64,000 nt of DNA. It comes from Phycisphaerales bacterium. Its GTDB lineage: Bacteria; Planctomycetota; Phycisphaerae; Phycisphaerales; SM1A02. The notes under the pieces are model-generated. The model saw only the letters and a program-made list of their open reading frames with translations. It was not told the origin of the DNA and did not search any database. Positions 18,396 through 26,726 of the stretch are shown piece by piece (the stretch's first letter is position 1; the number at the start of each line of letters is the position of its first letter). The position numbers and the translations under genes were made by a program. Where the stretch lies: NCBI GenBank assembly GCA_044230125.1, contig JBGARR010000012.1, positions 234-64,233 on the forward strand. The letters run 5' to 3'.

Positions 18396-18815
18396 ATGAA
18401 CCCTCGCCCGATCGTGCGCGGCTGCGCCGTGGCTGCCGTCTGCCTGCTCGCTGCGTCGGCGATACCAGGCCCTGCGGGCCGGTCGCCCGCCGCACCGAGC
18501 GGGCTGCTCGGCTGCTCGCCGGACTGCGAAGGCGCGATCCCGGAGAACGAGACCTGTGGCCTTGACGCGAACAACGGGTGTCACGGCTCCGGGCTCCTTG
18601 GGAACGTCTACTGCGGCAAGCCGGTGTGCGGAGAGCTGTCGGTGGACAAGAACGGCGGCGTCTTCGATGTCGACTGGTTCACGCTGGACATCTCCTACTA
18701 CACCACGCTGGTCAAGATCACGGCAAGCGTCGGCGCCGAGATGCCCGTCGACCTCTCCATCGTCGACGGCGCCGACCTGGGCGTGCTGCTTGGCCACTGG
18801 GGGCAGGGGCGCTGA
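18396..18815 (+). CDS. small secreted Cys-rich protein with a single, partial dockerin-like segment
   Basis: ORF 17997..18815 trimmed to the ATG at 18396, which follows aaagga. Signal-like N-terminus AVAAVCLLAASAIPGPAG. It contains CEGAIPENETCGLDANNGC...FDVDWFTL and ends VDGADLGVLLGHWGQGR. Confidence 0.5.
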   Translation: MNPRPIVRGCAVAAVCLLAASAIPGPAGRSPAAPSGLLGCSPDCEGAIPENETCGLDANNGCHGSGLLGNVYCGKPVCGELSVDKNGGVFDVDWFTLDISYYTTLVKITASVGAEMPVDLSIVDGADLGVLLGHWGQGR

Positions 18816-18996
18816 GCGAATCCCCTCCAAGTGGTCCGTGAATTTGGGCGGAAATCCGTCATCTCGATGGGCGAATGGCGTATCCGCGCCGGCCCGGAGT
18901 GCCTCTCATGAGGTGCGCGCGGGACCAATGTCCCCGTCGCATGCCTGGAGGGGCGTCCCCGCGCCCCAAACTTCCCGATCACCGAAAGCACCTTCC

Positions 18997-20169
18997 ATGT
19001 TCGCCCGCACTGAACCGCTCACACGCCCGCTCCTGCTCGCCCTCACGGTGTCCGGGATGGTCACGGCCGCAACCTGCGCCGACCTGCCCATCTACCGCGT
19101 CCAGGTCCTTGGGTCGGGGCTTGAGGGCTACGCGATGAACGAACGCGGCGACGCCACCGGGCGAATGCTGCTCTCGGGCTCGATCGGCCGCGCATTCATC
19201 GCGCACTCGGGCGGCACGACCGAGCTCCTGCCGCTCCCCGCCGAGTGGCAGAGTTCCGACGGCTACGCCATCAACGCCAGCGGCGTTGTGGTCGGTGCAG
19301 TCAGCACCATCTCGATCGCAACCGTTGGATCGCATGCCGCGGCCTGGTACCCGACAGCCGGCGGTTACCAGTTCGTCCTGCTCGGTGCGCTGCCCGGTCA
19401 CCTGCACAGCACGGCGACGGGCGTGAATGATCTGGGCGACATCGTGGGCGGGTCCGGCGGAATAGGCCTCGGGCTCTACAACAACTCGGTCCTGTTCACG
19501 CCGGACGGGCCGATGGACCTGCCAGGCATCTCGCTGGCGGCAGACGTCAACAACCAGCGCGTGGTGGTCGCCGGCAACATGCTGCTCGACCTGAACACCC
19601 TGTCCACCACGACCATCCCGCTGCCGCCGGGCAACTGGCAGGGCGCGGGAGCGACGGACCTGAACAACAACAACGGATTCTGCGGGTACATCGCTGGCTT
19701 CTCCGGGTGCAGCAACTTCCCCGTGCGGTACCTCCCCGGCAGCGGAATGGAGATCATCGGCGGCTGCGCGACCTCCACCTCGGCCGTCTCGCTGAATGAC
19801 CAGGGCGATGCGCTGACAGCCGTCTACAACGGCGGGGTGGGCGCGGTCTTCATCGAAGCCGGATACACCAACATCTCAAGCCTGATCGAGCCCTCGCAGG
19901 GTCCCTGGATCGTCACCGGCGTCTCCACCATCAACAACGCGCGCCAGATTCTGGTCGAGGGGAGGATCGCCCCGGACTACCTGCTGCAGCTCCTGCGCCT
20001 GACCCCAATTGTCGCGGGAGACTTGACCGGCGACGGCCGCGTCGATGGCGCCGACCTGGGAATGCTGCTGGGCTCGTGGGGCGCAACGGGCGGAGCCGCC
20101 GACCTGGACCAGAGCGGCACCGTCGACGGCGCCGACCTGGGCGCGCTCCTGGGTGCCTGGACCGTCTGA
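18997..20169 (+). CDS. HAF-repeat-like secreted protein with C-terminal dockerin-like repeat pair
   Basis: ORF 18556..20169 trimmed to the ATG at 18997. Signal peptide ...LLLALTVSGMVTAATCA. Recurring xxIN/VNxxGxVVG motifs (YAINASGVVVGAV, TGVNDLGDIVGGS, ADVNNQRVVVAGN, VSLNDQGDALT). The C-terminus reads DLTGDGRVDGADLGMLLGSWG + DLDQSGTVDGADLGALLGAWTV. Confidence 0.75.
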   Translation: MFARTEPLTRPLLLALTVSGMVTAATCADLPIYRVQVLGSGLEGYAMNERGDATGRMLLSGSIGRAFIAHSGGTTELLPLPAEWQSSDGYAINASGVVVGAVSTISIATVGSHAAAWYPTAGGYQFVLLGALPGHLHSTATGVNDLGDIVGGSGGIGLGLYNNSVLFTPDGPMDLPGISLAADVNNQRVVVAGNMLLDLNTLSTTTIPLPPGNWQGAGATDLNNNNGFCGYIAGFSGCSNFPVRYLPGSGMEIIGGCATSTSAVSLNDQGDALTAVYNGGVGAVFIEAGYTNISSLIEPSQGPWIVTGVSTINNARQILVEGRIAPDYLLQLLRLTPIVAGDLTGDGRVDGADLGMLLGSWGATGGAADLDQSGTVDGADLGALLGAWTV

Positions 20170-20247
20170 CCGCGGAGCGCCACCACCCGCAGGCGCATGC
20201 TCCGGCGCGGCGCTTCGTTGCTAGCCTCGCGCCAGGAGGCCGCGACC

Positions 20248-21918
20248 ATGCGCCAGTCTTGCAGTCCCTTCGTCTTTCTTGGGTCGATGATCGTGGCACT
20301 GGCAGCGGCACTCATGGGCGCCGCGCCTCCCGCGGACGCGCTGCCCACGACGCGCGCGGAGCGCAGCAACTTCACCGAGACCAGCACCCTGGCGGATGTC
20401 CAGGCGTTCCTGGCCGCGCTCAGCGCACAGGCGGACCTGATCAGGGTCTCCACCTTCGGGTCCACCGAGCAGGGCCGGCCACTGCTTCTGGCGACGCTCT
20501 CGAATCCGCCCGTCGGCGACGTGCGTGACGTGCGCGCGCTGGGGCGCCCGGTGGTGCTGCTGCAGGCCAACATCCACGGCGGCGAGGTGGAGGGCAAGGA
20601 GGCGGTGCAGAACCTGATGCGCCGGCTGACGCTGGGCGACCTGCGCCCCCTGCTGGACCGTGTGGTGGTGCTGGTGGTGCCGGTCTACAACGCAGACGGA
20701 AACGAAGCGATCGACGCGCAGAACCGCACCGCGCAGTACGGCCCGATCGCCGGCGTCGGCGCGCGCGAGAACGCCAACGGGCTGGACCTGAACCGCGATT
20801 TCATGAAGCTGGACTCCGCCGAGGCGCGCGCCCTGGTGCGCCTGCTCAACACGTGGGACCCGCACGTGGTGGTGGACCTGCACACCACCAACGGGTCGCA
20901 CCACGGATTCCACCTGACCTACTCGATCCCGCTGAACCTCTCGTTGGACGCGGCGCTCCTGGCCTTCGAGCGCGACACGCTGATGCCAGCGCTGCAGGAA
21001 TCCATGCTGAAGAAGCACGACTTCCGCACCTACTACTACGGCAACTTCACGGGCCGCGCGCCCAAGCCCGGCGAGGAGGAGCAGCGCAAGTGGGTGGCCT
21101 TCGACCACCGCCCGCGCATCGGCCAGAACTACGTGGGCCTGCGCAACCGCATCGCGATCCTCTCCGAGGCGTACAGCTACCTGGACTTCAAGAGCCGCAT
21201 CGCCGTCACCGAGGCCTTCAGCGAGGAGATCCTGCGCTACTGCGCCGAGCATGCCCCGCAGGTGATGGCCCTGACCGCGGCGATCGATGCGGGCTTCGTG
21301 CAGCGCGCCCGCGGCCAGGACGAGCTGCCGCTGGGCGTCGAGTACGAGCAGCGCGCGCTTCCCGGCATGGCGCCGCTCCTGGTCGGCCAGGTGACGCACC
21401 AGGTGAACCCGCGAAACGGCAAGGAGATGACCGTGATGCTTCCCGACAAGTTCACCCTGGTCCCGATGCCGGACTTCGGGTACTTCGCGCCCACGCGCAG
21501 CGTGCCGATGGCGCGCGCGTACGCGCTGCCGCGCACGGACGCCATGCGGCCGATCGTGCAGAAGCTGCGCCAGCACGGCATCCTGGTCGAGGAGCTCACC
21601 GCCCCGGTCGATGCGCAAGTCGCCACCTTCACGGTCACGGGTGCGGACAAGGCAAAGCAACCCTTCCAAGGCCACCAGGAGGTGCATGTGACCGGTTCAG
21701 CGGCAGTGGCGCCCGCCACGCTGCCCGCGGGCACGGTCATCGTGCGACTTGCCCAGCCGCTGGGACGCCTGGCGGCATACCTGCTGGAGCCCGAGAGCGA
21801 CGATGGCCTGGGCACCTGGAACTACTTCGACGCCGCGATCGAACAGGGAAGGGCGCACCCTGTCGGCAAGATCATGGAGGCCGCCCCGCTGCCAGTGCGT
21901 GCGCTCCAGGACTTCTGA
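20248..21918 (+). CDS. secreted M14-family metallocarboxypeptidase-like protein
   Basis: Signal peptide MRQSCSPFVFLGSMIVALAAALMGAAPPADA. The Zn-binding context NIHGGEVEGKEA (HxxE), then PVYNADGNE and VVDLHTTNGSHHG, is typical of M14 peptidases. Confidence 0.8.
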   Translation: MRQSCSPFVFLGSMIVALAAALMGAAPPADALPTTRAERSNFTETSTLADVQAFLAALSAQADLIRVSTFGSTEQGRPLLLATLSNPPVGDVRDVRALGRPVVLLQANIHGGEVEGKEAVQNLMRRLTLGDLRPLLDRVVVLVVPVYNADGNEAIDAQNRTAQYGPIAGVGARENANGLDLNRDFMKLDSAEARALVRLLNTWDPHVVVDLHTTNGSHHGFHLTYSIPLNLSLDAALLAFERDTLMPALQESMLKKHDFRTYYYGNFTGRAPKPGEEEQRKWVAFDHRPRIGQNYVGLRNRIAILSEAYSYLDFKSRIAVTEAFSEEILRYCAEHAPQVMALTAAIDAGFVQRARGQDELPLGVEYEQRALPGMAPLLVGQVTHQVNPRNGKEMTVMLPDKFTLVPMPDFGYFAPTRSVPMARAYALPRTDAMRPIVQKLRQHGILVEELTAPVDAQVATFTVTGADKAKQPFQGHQEVHVTGSAAVAPATLPAGTVIVRLAQPLGRLAAYLLEPESDDGLGTWNYFDAAIEQGRAHPVGKIMEAAPLPVRALQDF

Positions 21919-21993
21919 CGCGTCGGTGCGCTGCTTGCCCTCTGCGCTCCCCACTCCTCGGCGCTTCGCCACTGCCTCGTACGATTCGATCCG

Positions 21994-22566
21994 ATGATTC
22001 CCCGCCCCCATGGAGGCCCGGTCCGGCCGCTGACCCCGCGTGTCGCACGGGCCGTCCGCGCATGGTTCCTGGTGCTGTCGGGCATCATGGCGTGCTTGGG
22101 CGCCTTCTTCCTGGTGATGGGTGCCATCGAGTGGAGCAACGCAGCGCGCAGCGCCGATTGGCCGAGCGTGGAAGGCACCGTGCTCTCGAGCCAGGTGCAC
22201 CGCGCATCGGGTGCCGCAGGGCTGCGCCGATCCGCGCGCAGCGCGTACGGCCCGTCGGTTCACTATGAGTATCGCGTGGACGGCGTGACGTACACCGGCA
22301 GCAAGGTGGCGTTCACGGTGAAGGGCGAGGGGGAGCGCGAGTCGCGCGCGGTCGCCACCCGCTACCCCGAGCAGGGGCCAGTCCGCGTCCACTACGACCC
22401 GAGCGACCCTTCGTTCAGCGTGCTCGAGCCGGGATGGGACTGGCGCAATGCGATCCCGGTGGCAGTGGGGGCCTTCGCCATCGCGTTCTGCGCGTTCTTC
22501 GCCTGGATCACCCTGCGCATCACGCGCAGGATGATCGACGCGTGCCAGGTCACCGACGGCGCGTGA
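21994..22566 (+). CDS. DUF3592-like membrane protein
   Basis: An N-terminal TM helix (WFLVLSGIMACLGAFFLVMGAI), then WPSVEGTVLSSQV...YEYRVDGVTYTGS...VRVHYDPSDPSFSVL, then a C-terminal TM helix. This architecture is typical of DUF3592. Confidence 0.7.
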   Translation: MIPRPHGGPVRPLTPRVARAVRAWFLVLSGIMACLGAFFLVMGAIEWSNAARSADWPSVEGTVLSSQVHRASGAAGLRRSARSAYGPSVHYEYRVDGVTYTGSKVAFTVKGEGERESRAVATRYPEQGPVRVHYDPSDPSFSVLEPGWDWRNAIPVAVGAFAIAFCAFFAWITLRITRRMIDACQVTDGA

Positions 22567-22623
22567 CCCGATCGCCGTCTCGCTGAGCCGCCCCGACGCC
22601 GCCGGCAGGGATAGACTGCGGGC

Positions 22624-23100
22624 ATGCGTGCATTTCTTGCTGCAATCGCCCTGTTCGCAGGGGTTCTTGGCGCGGCGGCGCCCGCAGACCGCATCGTCTC
22701 GGACAAGGCGCTGCTGCTCCTCTCCAGCACCTCGGCGTACGACACCCCCGAGTTCCACCTGTCGCTCTTTGAGGCCGGGCACAAGCCCTGCGCCTTCCAC
22801 ACCGCCAGCGAGGATCGGCCGTGGATCCGCATCGACCTGGGCGCGAAGCACGCCATCACCGCCATCGAGATCGTGAACCGCACGGATGGATGGCACGGCC
22901 GGATCAATGGACTTGAGGTCAGCGTCTCGGAGAACGGCACCGACTGGACGAAGGTGGCAGACGCACCGGGAGGCAAGGCGCAGTGGACGATCGAGGTCCC
23001 CAAGGTGCAGGGGAAGCCACCGACGGGCCGCTACGTGCGGATCCAGATGACGAACAAGGAGTGCTTTCACCTGAGCCGTGTGGCGGTGCGCGGAACATGA
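22624..23100 (+). CDS. secreted F5/8 type C (discoidin, galactose-binding-like) domain protein
   Basis: Signal peptide MRAFLAAIALFAGVLGAAAP. WIRIDLGAKHAITAIEIVNR...RYVRIQM is a classic discoidin-domain pattern. Confidence 0.75.
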   Translation: MRAFLAAIALFAGVLGAAAPADRIVSDKALLLLSSTSAYDTPEFHLSLFEAGHKPCAFHTASEDRPWIRIDLGAKHAITAIEIVNRTDGWHGRINGLEVSVSENGTDWTKVADAPGGKAQWTIEVPKVQGKPPTGRYVRIQMTNKECFHLSRVAVRGT

Positions 23101-24950
23101 TGCGCTCCCTACGGCTTCACCTCGTCGCCGCGCTGCTGCTTGCCAGCGCGAGCGCCGCTCCCGTGCCGCCAGCCGTCGACGTGCAGGCACCGCACCACGC
23201 CCTCCGGGCGGCACGCGCGCAGGCCAAGACCCCCGCTGGGCGCGCCGCGCTCCTGCAGCGCCCCGAGATCGCGCTGGCTGCCGCACAGGCGCGCCTGGCC
23301 GACATGGTGGGCGCAGCCGCGCTTGCCGAGCTGCAGTCCACCCAGGCTGGCGCCGAGTTCCTGGCGCGCCTCTGGCAGGACCAAGCGGCGCTGGATGCAT
23401 TCACCACCGCACCGCCAGCGCCGGCAAACCCGGGTGCATGCCTGCTGGTGTGGCAACGCATCGACGCCCTGGACCCCGCCAGCCGCAGCGGCCTGCTGCA
23501 GCGCCTGGCGATCGCCACTGCGCTGGAGCATGGCGTGCCGGTGCTCCCGTGGAGTGAGTGGGGCGACACTTCCGCTGCCACCATCGACCCCGTGAAGCGC
23601 TACGCCTTCTATCGCGATGCGCACGCCGCAGGCACCCTTTTCCCCTGCTTCGACCAGCTCTCGGTCTGGGAGCTGCGGCGCGTCGTTGACATCCCCCTCT
23701 ACGACCAGGATGTGGCGTGGTACCACACCACGCTGCCCAAGCCGGAGCTTCGCACGCAGGACAAGATCAGCGACGCCATGTGGCTGGTGAAGTACCAGGA
23801 CCGCAACCCGAAGAACGGGCACAGCGTCCAGGAGGGAAAGCCCTACTACGACGGCAAGCGATGGACGCCCGCGGTGATCCTGGAGTACGGCGGCGTCTGC
23901 GGTGCGGTGGCCAAGTTCGGCAGCTTTGCCGCGCGCGCTTACGGCGTGCCCGCGCAGCCCGTCGGCCAGGAGGGCCACTGCGCCATGTCCTGGAAGCAGA
24001 CCAACGGCCAGTGGCAGACGGGCAACTGTGGGCCTGATGCATTCGCGTTCAGCAACCTGCACGGGCTGTGGCCCGGCTTCACCAGCCGCGGATGCGCGTT
24101 GCCGCTGTATCAGGCTGTCGCCGCATCGCCCGCGTTCGTGCAGAGCTTCCACGCGGCGCAGCTGGCGACGGATGGCCTTTCCGCAGGCCGGCCGCGGCGC
24201 GCGGCGCTGGTGGATGCCGCCGACTCCTGCCCCGCCAACTTTGCGCTGTGGCGCCAGGCAGTGACCGAAGCGGTCGCAGACCCCGGCATCAGCATCGACG
24301 AAGCGCGCGACTTGGCGCTCGGCGCGATGCAGGCGCTGGCGGCGCTGGCTCCGCAGATGGCGCTGGATCTCTCGGCGCAGCTGGAGCAGGCCCCGGCATG
24401 GCAGGCACTGCCGCTTGCGCAGCGCGTGCGCTGGAACCAGGACCTTCAAGCGGCGTTCCTGGCCGGGCGCACTGCGGCTGGGCTGGGGGCCGAGGCCGCC
24501 AACGATGACAAGGGCGCCTGGGAGGAACTGCTGGGCCGCCTCACCCTGATCTACGCGGGGACGAGCCGCCCCATCGGCGACTTCCCCCTTCCGATGCTGC
24601 AGTCCGTCCTGGCAGGCAAGCACTCCGCCGCGACGGGGTGGTGGACCCGCGCGTCGCCTGCCGAGCGCGGTGCATGGGTGGATGCGATGATCGCCGCGGC
24701 CAAGCGCGCCAGCGGGGTCCCAGCGCTCAGTCGGATCGCCGCGCAATCGCTCGTGACGCGCTGCATGGAGGACGCGGCGCTGCGTGCGCGCGCCGCCGAA
24801 GCGCTGGTGGCCGCGGGCGACGCGTCGCGAAAGCTCGGCCTCGGGAAAGATGCGCTAGAGCTCTACCGCCGCGCGATCCTGGCAGGCGAGCAGGCGGGCG
24901 ACCGCGCCTGGGTGCTCCGCTTCACACAGGAAGCGCTGAAAGCTCCCTGA
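23097..24950 (+). CDS. secreted protein with possible transglutaminase-like Cys-His core
   Basis: ORF 22983..24950 trimmed to the ATG at 23097, which forms an ATGA overlap with the preceding stop. Signal peptide MMRSLRLHLVAALLLASASAAP. EYGGVCGAVAKFGSFAARAYGVPAQPVGQEGHCAMSW resembles the transglutaminase-core C...R..G[IV]PA..V.G..H.W pattern. The functional call is weak. Confidence 0.7.
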   Translation: MMRSLRLHLVAALLLASASAAPVPPAVDVQAPHHALRAARAQAKTPAGRAALLQRPEIALAAAQARLADMVGAAALAELQSTQAGAEFLARLWQDQAALDAFTTAPPAPANPGACLLVWQRIDALDPASRSGLLQRLAIATALEHGVPVLPWSEWGDTSAATIDPVKRYAFYRDAHAAGTLFPCFDQLSVWELRRVVDIPLYDQDVAWYHTTLPKPELRTQDKISDAMWLVKYQDRNPKNGHSVQEGKPYYDGKRWTPAVILEYGGVCGAVAKFGSFAARAYGVPAQPVGQEGHCAMSWKQTNGQWQTGNCGPDAFAFSNLHGLWPGFTSRGCALPLYQAVAASPAFVQSFHAAQLATDGLSAGRPRRAALVDAADSCPANFALWRQAVTEAVADPGISIDEARDLALGAMQALAALAPQMALDLSAQLEQAPAWQALPLAQRVRWNQDLQAAFLAGRTAAGLGAEAANDDKGAWEELLGRLTLIYAGTSRPIGDFPLPMLQSVLAGKHSAATGWWTRASPAERGAWVDAMIAAAKRASGVPALSRIAAQSLVTRCMEDAALRARAAEALVAAGDASRKLGLGKDALELYRRAILAGEQAGDRAWVLRFTQEALKAP

Positions 24951-25050
24951 CCGCGGCACTTTCCGCCCGTTTCGTGCCGTCGACACTGCCTCGTACCATG
25001 TGGCTGCGTCCGGGATTCGTTCTTCGAAACACCACACTGAACAGGGCACC

Positions 25051-25965
25051 ATGAAGCACTCCTTCGTCCATGCACGGGTACGCCACGATTCCACTCGAGT
25101 CCGCTGCTGCAGCGCAGCCCTGGCGGCGCTCCTCGCCGCGTCGGCCTGCACCGCGTCAGTCTTCGCCGGGCCGCCGCTGGACCTGACGGGCTGGACGCTC
25201 TTTGACCCGGACAACGACTGGAACTCCTCGAACCCCACGGCCACGAGCGTGCGCCTGGACGAGCAGGTGGGCAGCGCATCAGTGCATCCTGGATGGGTGG
25301 TCAGCGACTTCATCCTGGCCGAGACGGTGACCGTCTCGTTCGACCTACAAGTCGCCGCGGGCACCTCGGATGACGACCTCATCGGCTTCGGGTTCTCCTA
25401 CCTGGATGGCGCGCACTCCTACCTGCTGGACTGGAAGAAGAGCAATCAGGCCTTCAATTGGGGTGACACCGTCCTGATCAACGACGACGTCGCGGAGCAA
25501 GGGCTGAAGATCAAGCGCATCGACGGTGCCTACACCTGGGACGGCCTCTGGGGCGGCACGGATGGCATCGGCGTCTCGACGATCGCCGGTCCCGCAGGCG
25601 GTGGGTGGACCGCCGGGACGACCTACCACTTCGAGCTTGCTCTCTCGCCCGGTCGCATCGTGGTCACCCGCGACGGTGCGCCCCTCTTTGACGTGACAGA
25701 TCCGAACTATGCGGGTGGCACGGGCTCGGTTGCGCTCTATGGCTTCAGCCAGGACGCGATCACGCTCACCAACATGGTGGCCACGCCCGACCCGACCGCC
25801 TGCCCCGCCGACCTCAACCACGATGGCATCGTGAATGGCGCCGACCTGGGGATGCTGCTGGCCGCGTGGGGCAGTGCCGACGCCACGGCGGACCTGGACG
25901 GCAACGGCAACGTCAACGGAGCGGACCTGGGAATGCTGCTGGCTGGCTGGGGCCCCTGCCCCTGA
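25051..25965 (+). CDS. secreted concanavalin/LamG-like domain protein with C-terminal dockerin-like repeat pair
   Basis: ORF 25000..25965 trimmed to the ATG at 25051. Signal-like N-terminus ...ALAALLAASACTASVFA. There is a beta-rich middle region. The C-terminus reads DLNHDGIVNGADLGMLLAAWG + DLDGNGNVNGADLGMLLAGWGPCP. Confidence 0.75.
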   Translation: MKHSFVHARVRHDSTRVRCCSAALAALLAASACTASVFAGPPLDLTGWTLFDPDNDWNSSNPTATSVRLDEQVGSASVHPGWVVSDFILAETVTVSFDLQVAAGTSDDDLIGFGFSYLDGAHSYLLDWKKSNQAFNWGDTVLINDDVAEQGLKIKRIDGAYTWDGLWGGTDGIGVSTIAGPAGGGWTAGTTYHFELALSPGRIVVTRDGAPLFDVTDPNYAGGTGSVALYGFSQDAITLTNMVATPDPTACPADLNHDGIVNGADLGMLLAAWGSADATADLDGNGNVNGADLGMLLAGWGPCP

Positions 25966-26060
25966 CGTCGGGCAACCGGACGAGTGGCTGCCGGCCAGCG
26001 CCAAGTATGCTGCTGCCGCGGACGCTGCGCGTGGGGCGCGGCGCGCTCTCCGGAGATCAC

Positions 26061-26681
26061 ATGAAGAACGACGCCGATTCGCAGCCGATGCAAGTGCAAG
26101 CGCTGAGCGCACGATCCGTGCCGGCAAACCCCGAGGTGGTCGCACCCAGCGGGACCAGCAAGCTCATCACGAATGCCAAGACCGCAAAGACGCCGATCGG
26201 CAGCCGAAAGGTGTGGACCGAGTGGAACGGTGAGTTGATGGACGGCTCCGGGAACCTGCCGACGTCGGCGCCGGGCCCTTTCACGCTGGACTCTGGTTGG
26301 CTCTACATCGTCTCCCAGAGCTACTCGGTCCCGGCGGCTCCCGCGCAGGTCGCTGCGCCGGTGCCCGTTGTGGTGCACATCGGAACCGTCCGTGCCGGTT
26401 CGGTGGGGACGCACTGGCTGGTGATGCGTGACAACGGCTACGCCACGCCCACCAGCTGGATCATCTTCGTGCGGGGAAGCGGGCCGATCGAGGTCTGGAA
26501 CGCACCGGCCGTCGTCGGCGCATCGATCACCGCCGAGATGAACTACCTGGAACTGCCGAATCACACGCTTCCCGCGGGCGCGCAGCAGGCGCACATCGAC
26601 GCCTACCAAGGCAGCTACCCCAACTTCGCGACCAAGGTGCGTGAGGCGATCGAACGGTCGATCTGCCACTACTTCCCGTGA
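26061..26681 (+). CDS. hypothetical protein, no signal peptide, no recognisable domain
   Basis: ORF 25866..26681 trimmed to the ATG at 26061. Third-position GC is high and the composition is non-shadow-like (W/Y/N/I-containing). The competing antisense ORF 25737..26837 is Arg-rich and looks like a shadow. It ends 45 nt before the CHASE2 kinase gene. Confidence 0.6.
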   Translation: MKNDADSQPMQVQALSARSVPANPEVVAPSGTSKLITNAKTAKTPIGSRKVWTEWNGELMDGSGNLPTSAPGPFTLDSGWLYIVSQSYSVPAAPAQVAAPVPVVVHIGTVRAGSVGTHWLVMRDNGYATPTSWIIFVRGSGPIEVWNAPAVVGASITAEMNYLELPNHTLPAGAQQAHIDAYQGSYPNFATKVREAIERSICHYFP

Positions 26682-26726
26682 CCGCCCTGCAAGCGCCCCT
26701 GCCGCCAGGCCCCTTGCCGCAGCACC

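Noticed and set aside
20221-23400. Long minus-strand ORFs 20221..21687 (488 aa) and 21697..23400 (567 aa) spanning the M14 peptidase, DUF3592 and discoidin genes.
   Set aside because: They run antisense across several independently well-supported plus-strand genes and intergenic spacers, and they have shadow composition.
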